From assembly GCA_036845725.1 (NCBI GenBank), contig DAIUDK010000005.1:6719-70718 (forward strand): DNA of 64,000 nucleotides, given 5' to 3'. The DNA comes from Chloroflexota bacterium. GTDB taxonomy: Bacteria > Chloroflexota > Anaerolineae > B4-G1 > SLSP01. Of this stretch, positions 1-8,258 are shown piece by piece (within the stretch, counting starts at the first letter, position 1; every line of letters starts with the position of its first letter). Below the pieces are notes generated by a model. The model searched no databases, was not told the origin of the DNA, and saw nothing but the letters and a program-made list of their open reading frames with translations. The position numbers were made by a program, and so were the translations under genes.

Positions 1-1102
1 TGATCTGCAAAAACTGCTTTCTTGGGGTGACGAGATCCGCCATGAGAAGGGCTTCGGCGTTCGCGCCAACGCCGACGTGGGTGTGGATGCACGCCGCGCG
101 GTGACCTTTGGTGCCGACGGCATTGGCCTGTGCCGCACCGAGCATATGTTCTTCGATCCGCGCGCCCGCGACGCCGTGGTGCGCATGATCCTGGCGAAGG
201 AGCAAAGTGTCCGCGACGAGGCTCTGAACGAGATGTTGCCTTTCCAGGAGCAGGACTTCGAAGATTTGTTCGACGCGATGGACGGTAAGCCGGTAATCAT
301 GCGCCTTATCGATCCGCCTATGCACGAATTCTTGCCACCGTATCACGAGCTGATCGAGAAGGTCGCCAAGCTGCGCATCACTGCACCTGACTCAAAGGAA
401 TTACAGGAAGAGGAGCGCATGTTGGAGGCTGTCACCGGGATGTGGGAAGTGAACCCGATGATGGGCTTGCGTGGTTGCCGCGCCGGCATCATGTACCCAG
501 GTCTCACCGAAATGCAGACGCGTGCCTACGTTCAGGCAGCGTGCCGCTGCGCCAAGCGTGGCGTGGATGTGCATCCTGAGGTTATGATCCCGCTCGTCGG
601 TCACGTCAACGAGCTGAAGCTCGAACGCGAGAAGCTGGAAACCGTCGCCAAGCAGGTGATGGAAGAAGAGGGCATCGAAGTGCCGATTATGTTCGGGACG
701 ATGATCGAAGTGCCGCGCGCGGCCCTGACCTCTACGGAGATCGCCGAATACGCGCAGTTCTACTCCTTCGGGACCAACGACCTCACTCAGATGACCTATG
801 GTTACAGCCGTGACGATGCCGAGGGCAAGTTCCTGCTTCAGTACGTCGAGCGCGGTATCCTGCCCGTGAACCCCTTCCAATCGCTGGATCAGGTGGGGGT
901 GGGGCGGCTGGTCAGGATGTGTGTTGAGGAAGGTAGGGCCGTCAATCCCAGTCTCGAGGTGGGGATCTGCGGCGAGCACGGTGGCGATCCTGACTCTATC
1001 GATTTCTGTTACCGCGCCGGTTTGGACTATGTAAGCTGTTCCCCGTTTCGCATTCCCGTAGCGCGGTTGGCGGCGGCGCAGGCCGTCCTCCGCCACGGTT
1101 AG
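1..1102 (+). CDS. ppdK: Pyruvate phosphate dikinase, C-terminal (PEP-utilising TIM-barrel) part; 5' end lies outside the window
   Basis: The frame is open from the window edge. Motifs GLCRTEHMF, FSFGTNDLTQ and ICGEHGGDP are typical of the PPDK/PEP-utilising enzyme C-terminal domain. A terminator hairpin follows. Confidence 0.85.
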   Translation, partial: DLQKLLSWGDEIRHEKGFGVRANADVGVDARRAVTFGADGIGLCRTEHMFFDPRARDAVVRMILAKEQSVRDEALNEMLPFQEQDFEDLFDAMDGKPVIMRLIDPPMHEFLPPYHELIEKVAKLRITAPDSKELQEEERMLEAVTGMWEVNPMMGLRGCRAGIMYPGLTEMQTRAYVQAACRCAKRGVDVHPEVMIPLVGHVNELKLEREKLETVAKQVMEEEGIEVPIMFGTMIEVPRAALTSTEIAEYAQFYSFGTNDLTQMTYGYSRDDAEGKFLLQYVERGILPVNPFQSLDQVGVGRLVRMCVEEGRAVNPSLEVGICGEHGGDPDSIDFCYRAGLDYVSCSPFRIPVARLAAAQAVLRHG

Positions 1103-1131
1103 GTCGGGTATCGGTTGGTCCAATAGTGACA

Positions 1132-1165
1132 AGCAGTGCCCTGTCACAGGGCGCTGCTTTTTCTT
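1132..1165 (+). terminator. Rho-independent terminator downstream of ppdK
   Basis: GC-rich inverted repeat agcagtgccctg..cagggcgctgct followed by TTTTTCTT. Confidence 0.5.
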
Positions 1166-1175
1166 CTCAGGGGGT

Positions 1176-1784
1176 GTGGAGTGTGTCATTGTGGGTGAGC
1201 CAGATTGGGAAGGCGTAAAGGCGTATGCATTGGCGCGGTTGGCGTGCGGTTTACCGCCGGAACTGTGTTATCATAGTATCCGGCACACCTCGGCTGACGT
1301 CTTGCCGGCGGTTGAGCGGTTGGCGACGTTAGCCTGTGTGAATGGAGACGATTTACTGTTGCTGCGTACCGCCGTCCTGTATCACGACATGGGCTACATG
1401 GAACAGTATGCAAACAATGAGCCGATTGGGGCGGCCCTTGCCCGGGAGACACTACCCGATTTTGGCTATAACCCCGATCAGGTTGGGGCCGTTGCCAGAA
1501 TGATCATGGCGACCAGGATGCCGCAAGCGCCGCAGACCTTTCTGGAAGAGCTGATTTGCGATGCTGATCTGGATTCGCTTGGACGTGAAGACTATCTTGA
1601 CACCAGCCACGATCTGTATGCTGAGTTGGTTGCTTATGGAGCGTCGATCTCACTCAAGGATTGGTACCGGCGGCAGTTGAATTTCTTGTCGAATCACACT
1701 TACTTCACTGAAGCCGCGCGCGAACTACGCGATGCCGGAAAACAAAAAAATATCCGGCGACTCGAAGCACTTCTCGAAAATTAA
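1176..1784 (+). CDS. HD-domain metal-dependent phosphohydrolase
   Basis: HD-superfamily signature H..RH ... YHDMGY ... CDADLDSLGRED; about 200 aa. The start codon is uncertain. Confidence 0.6.
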   Translation: MECVIVGEPDWEGVKAYALARLACGLPPELCYHSIRHTSADVLPAVERLATLACVNGDDLLLLRTAVLYHDMGYMEQYANNEPIGAALARETLPDFGYNPDQVGAVARMIMATRMPQAPQTFLEELICDADLDSLGREDYLDTSHDLYAELVAYGASISLKDWYRRQLNFLSNHTYFTEAARELRDAGKQKNIRRLEALLEN

Positions 1785-1794
1785 GGCCGTTCTT

Positions 1795-3045
1795 TCACGC
1801 TTTACTCACCGGCAGCGTAAACACGAACTTGCTGCCGATGCCGTCATCTCCTGTCTCCACCCAGATATTGCCACCGTGGGTTTGTACCGTTAGGTAGCAG
1901 AACCGCAGCCCCAGACCAAACCCGCGCCGCTGTGTCTCTTCCCTTTCCACTTGCGTGAAACGCGCGAAGATGCGCTCGCGTTCTGTGGGTGGGATGCCCG
2001 ATCCTGTATCATTTACACTCACTATGATGTAATCCCCTTCCAGTGCCACGGCGATGGTGACTGTGCCTCTGGGTGTGTGCTTGACCGCGTTGTCCAGCAG
2101 GTTGCACATCACGCGCTCGATGCGTTCTGTATCTAGCATAACAGCCGGCAATTTATCCTGGATGTGTGTGTCGAAGTGCACGTCTCTTCGGATTGAAGCC
2201 AACGCCATTGTACTGACAGCGCTCTGAACAAGGTTTGTGATGTGTGTCTCTTCTAGATTCAGGCGAGCTTCTCCTGATTCCAGGCGCGATGTATCCAACA
2301 GTGTATCGACCAGCCGTTTCATCCGTCCATGGGCTGAACGTCCCATCTCGAGGAGTTGCCGGTTATCTTCATGGATTTCGGGTGGTAGGGTGATATCGAG
2401 CAACTCGAGTGCGTTAATCATAATGCCAAGCGGGTTGCGCAGGTCGTGGATGATGAGATCGACGGTCTCCTGGTGCATCCGTTGGAGATCGAGCAATTCC
2501 TGTTCGCGGGTCTTCAGGACCGAAACCTGGTTTTCGAGCCGGTGCCCCGCCTGTGTTGTCGCGTCGCGGATGATGTCGGCATCACGCAACCGGGCGCTCA
2601 TCGTCGCCATAATTTCGACGCTGAGGGAGGGGACGTCGCTGAGCAGCCGGGTGAAGTCTGCTTTGTGGATTTGAAGCAGCCGCAGGTCAGTCAGTGCGAT
2701 GACTGAAGCCGAGCGTGGCCGATTTTCGAGCAGCGCCATCTCCCCCAGGATGTCGCCCGGACCACGATACCCCAGGATGGTGGGCGAATCCAGGCCGCCT
2801 TTGATGACGAGTGCCTTTCCGGCCCAAACGAGATAAGCGACGTCGCCGGGTGTGCCTTCGTGGAAGATCACGTCACCGCGCGCGTAGGTCCGCTCGGACA
2901 TCGCTTGCATCAAAGCCTGGCGAGCGGTCTCCGGCATCATCCGCAAGAGATGTAGCTCGTCTACCGGCGCGGCAGACGCAATGGTATCAAGTTCCGCGTA
3001 AAGCAGATGTTCGAGTTCTGCGGACGTCAATTTACCCGGCAACAT
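1795..3045 (-). CDS. Sensor histidine kinase with N-terminal cyclic-nucleotide-binding domain (cNMP-binding-HisKA-HATPase_c)
   Basis: cNMP-binding beta-barrel motifs (GDVIFHEGTPGD, GEMALL..RPRSASV). HisKA H-box IIHDLRNPL. HATPase N/G boxes (NLLDNAVKHT, DTGSGIP, GFGLGL). SD GGAGAAGG lies 12 nt after the upstream gene stop. Confidence 0.8.
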   Translation of the reverse strand: MLPGKLTSAELEHLLYAELDTIASAAPVDELHLLRMMPETARQALMQAMSERTYARGDVIFHEGTPGDVAYLVWAGKALVIKGGLDSPTILGYRGPGDILGEMALLENRPRSASVIALTDLRLLQIHKADFTRLLSDVPSLSVEIMATMSARLRDADIIRDATTQAGHRLENQVSVLKTREQELLDLQRMHQETVDLIIHDLRNPLGIMINALELLDITLPPEIHEDNRQLLEMGRSAHGRMKRLVDTLLDTSRLESGEARLNLEETHITNLVQSAVSTMALASIRRDVHFDTHIQDKLPAVMLDTERIERVMCNLLDNAVKHTPRGTVTIAVALEGDYIIVSVNDTGSGIPPTERERIFARFTQVEREETQRRGFGLGLRFCYLTVQTHGGNIWVETGDDGIGSKFVFTLPVSKA

Positions 3046-3056
3046 AGGCCCTTCTC

Positions 3057-6000
3057 CTATTCGGCGCGTGTACGTATAAAGGCGTTAATCTCCTGGTTGA
3101 CCTTGACCTGTTCCAAGAAGACCGCGCGATCCTCTTCACGACTCAGACGGCTGGCTTGGTTTTGCATTTCATCATCGGCCTGCCGGAGGAATGTTTCCGC
3201 CTCCGGCGCTCCAAGTGCATTGAGCACGATGGCGTGGTTCAGCGCGATCTTTTGCGCCTCCTCGACGTCCTTCTGCGTCGCCAGCAGCGTGACGGCGCGT
3301 TGCGAGACGTCGAGCGCCGCCTCTTGATCCCCTTGTCCCAGATAGGCGCGTCCCAAATACGACAGGTTCTCGATGATCTCGGCTTTGAGCACCAGTTTCT
3401 CGCTGAGGTCGAGCGCCTGGCGCAAATGCTCCACGGCCTGTTCCCACTGTTCGCGGTGCAGGGCGAGCAGGCCCATGCCCTGGTGGTAGTAGCTGATGAC
3501 GCGGGCGTTGTTGGGGACCTGTTCCCAGAGCGTGTGGCAAGCCTGCAACGCCGCCTCCGCCTCGGCATCGCGTCCCTGGTCGATGTGGATGAGCGCCATG
3601 TAGAAGTGCGCGAAGCCCTGCCCGGTGAGATCGTTGTTTTGCTGCTTCAGGAGTAGGGATTTCTCGAACATCTCCAGCGACCGTGCGTAAGCGCCCATCC
3701 GCCACAGGACGCGCGCCAGGTTGGTCATGTGGATGCCCGCCTGGAACGAGTCGCCGCGCGCCTCGGCCAATTCGAGCGCGCGCGTGTGATGCTGGATGGC
3801 GGTGTCGTAGTTAGCCTGCTTGAGATCGATCATGCCGACGTACATCACGCTCCAACCCATGTTGGCCGGGTCGTCGCCGGCTTCGTACAGGGCGACCGCG
3901 CGCTCCAACCACGGCTTGGCTTGCGCGTAGTCACCGATTTCGTAGGCGAGCACACCCATTTGGTAGAGGGCGCTGGCCTGGCCCTTTTGATCGCCCTGCT
4001 GTTCGCGGCGTTCCAGCAGTTCCTTGTAGCGTTCGATGGCGGTGAGGTTGGCGTATTCGTTGCGCGCTTTCTTGGCGGCCATGTCCAGGTATTTGACGGC
4101 GCTTTCGTCGTCGTCGCTGCGGTGGAAGTGGTAGGCCAGCAGGTCGCAGTGCGCTTCCAGCTTGTCGGCGTAGAGCGATTCTAGCGTTTTGCCGATCGAG
4201 CGGTGGAACTCGCGGCGGTGTTTCACCAATAGGCTGTTGTAGGCCACCTCGTGTACGAGCGTGTCGGGGAAAGCGTAGTCGGCGTCGGCGGCGTACTCAG
4301 GGCGCAGCAAGCCGCCGCGCTCCAGCTCCGCCAGCCACGCATCGATTTGCTCGTCGGCTTTGGCCAGTTCGCGGAACACGGCCAACTGGAATTGCCGCCC
4401 GATGACGGATGCTTTTTGCAGCGCCTGGCGGCTGTCTTCGGCCAGACGGTCGATGCGGGCGACGATTGCGGCGTGCAGCGTGCTCGGCACCTGGATGGCG
4501 GCGACTTTGTCGGAGACGACCGTCCACGAGCCGTCTGTGTTCTGCACGACAGCCCCGCTGTCCTGTAGCGTGCGGACAACCTCTTCCAGGTAGAAGGGAT
4601 TGCCGGCGGCTTTCTCGATGATGTCGGCATACAGGCGCGACTCGAAGTGCGCGCCCGGCAGCAGGGCGGCTAACAGGCTGTGCGTGTCGTCTTCAGCGAG
4701 CGGTTTGAGCGTGATTTCGGTGAAGCGGTGCGGGTAGTTGCCGGCGGCGGCGTCGCGCAGACGCCAGCAGCCCTTGTCGCGGATCACGCGGGAGACGAGC
4801 AACAGTATCAACGGCGCGCGGTCGGCGACGCTCATCAGCTCTTCGAACAGCGCCAGCGACGCCTCGTCGGCCCAGTGCAGATCGTCCAACGCGATGACCA
4901 GCGGGTGCTGTTTCGCCAGTCCCGCGAAGAATTGCACGGCGGCCCAGAAGGTCTGTTTCTGGCGAATTTTCGGGGCCAGTTCTGTGACCCAGGCCCATTC
5001 CTCGCCGAGTTCCAGGCCCATAAGGTGCGCCAGGAAGGGGATGGCGTCCATGGCTTCTGCATCGAGCAGCGCCTCGCCGCGTTCCCAGAGCGTGAAGAGG
5101 ATGTCTTCTTGGGTGGCGTCGGGGGGCAGCCGTAACACGCCGCGCAGGATGTGGGCCGCGAGCCAGTAGTTGAGCGGTTCGCTGAACGACATGGACTGCC
5201 CTTCGACCCAGAGGAGGTCCCCGGTCCCAGGTTGCTCGAAGAGCCAGGTTTTGAACTCGCGCTTGAGCCGGGACTTGCCCAGGCCACTGTCCCCAAAAAC
5301 AGTAACGATTTGCCCGCGTTTGTTCTGCAACAGATCGTTCCCCCGCGCGCGCAGGGTTTCGAGCGCCGTATCCCGCCCGGTGAGCGGCGCGATTCTGCCC
5401 GCTAGCCCGCGCGTGGCCCCAATTTCCTCGCGTTTGCCCAGAACTTCGTAGGTGGGGATGAGAATTTGCTTGCCCTTCACCTTGAGGTCGAAGCGGTCGC
5501 TGAGGGTGAAGTGGGCGCGCACTTGCTCTTCGGTTTTGTTGCTGATGTAGACGCTGCCCCATTTCGCATAGGACATGAGGCGGGCGGCCATGTTGATGTC
5601 GTCGCCCATGAGGGTGTATTCCTGGCGCAGGTTGAGCGCGCCGGCGTTGCCGGAGAAGAGAAAGCCGGTGTTGACGCCGATGCGCTGTTCGAACCGGAAG
5701 ACGCCCGCCGAGGTGCGCAGCGCGCTGAAGTGCTTGCGCACGGCCTGCTGCATGTCCAGCGCCGCGTAGACGGCGAGTGCGGGGTCGTCGTCGTGGGCGA
5801 TGGGCGCGCCGAAGAAGATCACCAGGCGGTCGCCGATGGCGTATTGGTCCATGCGCGCCAGCGTGCCGCCGTATCCCTGGACGATTTCGGCCATATAGCG
5901 GAAGTAGTCGTTGAGCTGTTTGGTGATCGTGTCGGGGGACGTGTCGCCAAGCTTGTCGATAAGTGCGCTGATGCCTTTGTAGTTGACAAACATCGACGTG

Positions 6001-7289
6001 ACCGGGCGGTATTCGGGCGTGATGCGGGCGCTGCCGGGATTGTCCTTGATGCGGACGACGAGTTCGTCGGAGAGGTAGGGCGTGAGCCGGTCGAGGCGGT
6101 CGACCAGGTAGGTGAGCTGCTGCTGGACGTCGCCCGCGGGTGGCTCCTGCCAGACGGCGCGGATGAGCGCGTCCTGGCCGGCGGACGGCGCGGCGACGAG
6201 CCGCACGTAATCGTCATCCGGCTCTTTGGTGACGGCGTCCACGGTGATGATGTCGCCGAGGAGTTCGTAGGTGCTGCGGGTCATCGCGGCCTCGCCGGGA
6301 TTGGCGTGGCCTTCGGCTTCTTCGGCAAGGTTGACGGTGTGTCCGGTGGTGACGTAGGCCATGAGGCCGTTTTCGTCGTTGTAGCGCGGATTGGGCGGCA
6401 CGCCGATGTGGGCGGCGAAGTACGGCCCGGCGGAGATGCCGCATTTGATCAGAAGTGCGCGCGTTTCTCCAGCGGCTTCGATGGCGGCGTACTTGTCCTG
6501 CTTCATCACCTCCAACATCGCCAGGGCTGCCTGGGACGCCTTGAGCGCGTTCGTCCGCATTTCATCGTCGGTGGTGGCGGGGAAGACGCCGAGCAGCGCG
6601 TCGCCGCCGAACTTGAGCAGCACGCCGCCGTGGTCGAACAAAGCGCGCACCAGTTCGGTGAACAGGCTGTCGATGATCTCGGCGACGCGCTCCGCCCCAC
6701 CGGGCACGCGCTTGAGGGCCTCGGAGAGCGGGGTGAAGCCGGATACGTCGCCGAAGAGGAACACGCCGCGTTCCATGCCGCCGCGCGGTTCTCCGGCGGG
6801 CTGCGGGTACATCCAGACGGGCTGCGGCAGGTAAGTTTTGATGGTCTTGAGCAGATCGGCCAGATGGTCGCGTGCGACATCGAAATCGTGGCTTTTCGGG
6901 CGGCGTTCCAGAGGTTCGTAGAACTTGTCGGGCAGATAGCGCTTCAATGAAGGGCGCAAGTCATCCAGCGAGCGGGCTGCGGGCAGTGGAGCAAGGGCTG
7001 TGGTCGCCTGGGGTGGCACTTCTGGTGTCGCAGGCATCGGCTCTGGCGCGGCAACAGGCTGTTGCTGCGGTTGTCCCGGCGCTACTAACCTTACGAAGGT
7101 TTCCGAACCTTCGTAAGGTTGTCCGCCCGGTTGTCCCACAAACGCCCCGCAGTGCGTGCAGTACCGCGCGTGCGGCGGCAGCAGGGTGTGACACGTCGCG
7201 CAGACGACGCCCTGGATCAGTTTAAGGCCGCACCCCATGCAGAAGCGGGCCTGGGTCGGGTTGATGGTTCCACATGCTGGACATTGCAT
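3057..7289 (-). CDS. Multidomain signalling protein: N-terminal double zinc ribbon, two class III adenylate/guanylate cyclase catalytic domains, STAND/AAA NTPase, C-terminal TPR repeats
   Basis: CPACG..CMGCG..CATCH..CTHCG zinc ribbons. Two CYC domains (FLFGDVSGFT..FGGDALLGVF and MFVNYKGIS..FFGAPIAHDDD..MGDDINMAARL). Walker A GDSGLGKS and Walker B LVIALDDLHW. Long TPR region. Confidence 0.85.
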   Translation of the reverse strand: MQCPACGTINPTQARFCMGCGLKLIQGVVCATCHTLLPPHARYCTHCGAFVGQPGGQPYEGSETFVRLVAPGQPQQQPVAAPEPMPATPEVPPQATTALAPLPAARSLDDLRPSLKRYLPDKFYEPLERRPKSHDFDVARDHLADLLKTIKTYLPQPVWMYPQPAGEPRGGMERGVFLFGDVSGFTPLSEALKRVPGGAERVAEIIDSLFTELVRALFDHGGVLLKFGGDALLGVFPATTDDEMRTNALKASQAALAMLEVMKQDKYAAIEAAGETRALLIKCGISAGPYFAAHIGVPPNPRYNDENGLMAYVTTGHTVNLAEEAEGHANPGEAAMTRSTYELLGDIITVDAVTKEPDDDYVRLVAAPSAGQDALIRAVWQEPPAGDVQQQLTYLVDRLDRLTPYLSDELVVRIKDNPGSARITPEYRPVTSMFVNYKGISALIDKLGDTSPDTITKQLNDYFRYMAEIVQGYGGTLARMDQYAIGDRLVIFFGAPIAHDDDPALAVYAALDMQQAVRKHFSALRTSAGVFRFEQRIGVNTGFLFSGNAGALNLRQEYTLMGDDINMAARLMSYAKWGSVYISNKTEEQVRAHFTLSDRFDLKVKGKQILIPTYEVLGKREEIGATRGLAGRIAPLTGRDTALETLRARGNDLLQNKRGQIVTVFGDSGLGKSRLKREFKTWLFEQPGTGDLLWVEGQSMSFSEPLNYWLAAHILRGVLRLPPDATQEDILFTLWERGEALLDAEAMDAIPFLAHLMGLELGEEWAWVTELAPKIRQKQTFWAAVQFFAGLAKQHPLVIALDDLHWADEASLALFEELMSVADRAPLILLLVSRVIRDKGCWRLRDAAAGNYPHRFTEITLKPLAEDDTHSLLAALLPGAHFESRLYADIIEKAAGNPFYLEEVVRTLQDSGAVVQNTDGSWTVVSDKVAAIQVPSTLHAAIVARIDRLAEDSRQALQKASVIGRQFQLAVFRELAKADEQIDAWLAELERGGLLRPEYAADADYAFPDTLVHEVAYNSLLVKHRREFHRSIGKTLESLYADKLEAHCDLLAYHFHRSDDDESAVKYLDMAAKKARNEYANLTAIERYKELLERREQQGDQKGQASALYQMGVLAYEIGDYAQAKPWLERAVALYEAGDDPANMGWSVMYVGMIDLKQANYDTAIQHHTRALELAEARGDSFQAGIHMTNLARVLWRMGAYARSLEMFEKSLLLKQQNNDLTGQGFAHFYMALIHIDQGRDAEAEAALQACHTLWEQVPNNARVISYYHQGMGLLALHREQWEQAVEHLRQALDLSEKLVLKAEIIENLSYLGRAYLGQGDQEAALDVSQRAVTLLATQKDVEEAQKIALNHAIVLNALGAPEAETFLRQADDEMQNQASRLSREEDRAVFLEQVKVNQEINAFIRTRAE

Positions 7290-7299
7290 ATAAATTCCT

Positions 7300-7312
7300 C
7301 CATTGACAATGG
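7300..7312. promoter_or_regulatory. 13-bp palindrome CCATTGACAATGG abutting the SD of the cyclase gene; a second partial copy lies at 7358-7367
   Basis: Perfect inverted repeat read directly; partial repeat CCATTGACAA lies about 57 nt away. Confidence 0.3.
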
Positions 7313-7371
7313 CCTCAACGGATTGAATGGATTAAACGGAAAAATATCCGTTAGATTCCATTGACAAAAGA

Positions 7372-8103
7372 TTACCTTCGCCTGCGCAATGAGCTGGCCT
7401 TACTTTGGAGCGTCTGGAAATAATCGGTTTCCGTGATCTCTTCAAGTTGTTTCTGGCGCTTGGCCTCGTTGATCTCGATGCGCAGTTCCTGCACTTCGCG
7501 GCGCAATTCTTCCTCACGCTGTTGCACTTGGGCGGCCATCTGCGCAAAGTCGGCAGCGAGGCTTTGCAGCGAGTGGTCCTGGTAGCCCTGCCCGGCGGCA
7601 AAACTGCGGTCGTATTGCCCGGCGGCGACGCGCTGAATCCACCTGCGCACCTCGGCCAGGAAGTCGGTGGTGTAGCGGATGCGGTCGCTCAGGCCGGCCA
7701 TCACCGCCAGTGCCATGTCGGGGTAGGCGCGCAGCAGTCGCCGGAAATCGTCGCCGGTCAGCACGTGAACTTCGGCGGCGTCTACGGCGCGCGCGCTCAA
7801 CGAGCGGGGCTGGTTGTCGATGAGCGCCATCTCGCCCAGGGCTTCGCCCGCCTCGAAGATGCGGATAGGCCGCTCGTCGCCCGGCTTCGCGGGATCCGGC
7901 GCGTAGATGGCGATGCGCCCGACCTTGACGATGAAGAGTTCGTCGCCCGGATCGCCCATGGTGAAGAGGACGTCCCCGGAGGCCAACGCGCGGGGCTTGA
8001 GCGCGGCGGCGACTTCATCGAGCGCGGCTTCGGGCAAACGGCTAAACATCAGAATGGTTTTAAGTCCTGTGGTCTCTGTCATTTTGATCTCCTTGTAGTC
8101 CAA
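7372..8103 (-). CDS. Cyclic-nucleotide-binding protein with C-terminal coiled-coil tail (no enzymatic output domain)
   Basis: cNMP-binding motifs (GDVLFTMGDPGDELFIV, GEMALIDNQPRS). C-terminal tail ELRIEINEAKRQKQLEEITETDYFQTL..LRRRR. Confidence 0.75.
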   Translation of the reverse strand: MDYKEIKMTETTGLKTILMFSRLPEAALDEVAAALKPRALASGDVLFTMGDPGDELFIVKVGRIAIYAPDPAKPGDERPIRIFEAGEALGEMALIDNQPRSLSARAVDAAEVHVLTGDDFRRLLRAYPDMALAVMAGLSDRIRYTTDFLAEVRRWIQRVAAGQYDRSFAAGQGYQDHSLQSLAADFAQMAAQVQQREEELRREVQELRIEINEAKRQKQLEEITETDYFQTLQSKASSLRRRR

Positions 8104-8107
8104 AGTA

Positions 8108-8216
8108 GGCCGACCACGAATACTTAACGAATAAACGAATGGACACCTGGCTGACGCAAGTATCTGGTCTAGTTGAGACCTTGATTCGTTTATTCGTTCT
8201 CCTATTCGTGGTCGGC
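8108..8216. repeat. Large imperfect inverted repeat (about 35-bp arms rich in ACGAAT/ACCACGAAT motifs, about 38-nt loop) in the intergenic gap
   Basis: Left arm ggccgaccacgaatacttaacgaataaacgaatgg and right arm ttgattcgtttattcgttctcctattcgtggtcggc are near-perfect reverse complements. Confidence 0.5.
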
Positions 8217-8258
8217 AAGCGCTACACCTGAATAATTACGGGATACACTCATTCTAGT

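Noticed and set aside
5466-6950. 494-aa ORF on the plus strand inside the cyclase gene, and many similar long antisense ORFs (401-1189, 3156-3656, 21646-23334, 26768-27895, 50092-50892, 55301-56140, 35712-36272)
   Set aside because: They lie antisense to well-supported multidomain genes, are low-complexity and Arg/Ala/Gly-rich as is typical of high-GC shadow ORFs, and have no recognisable domains.
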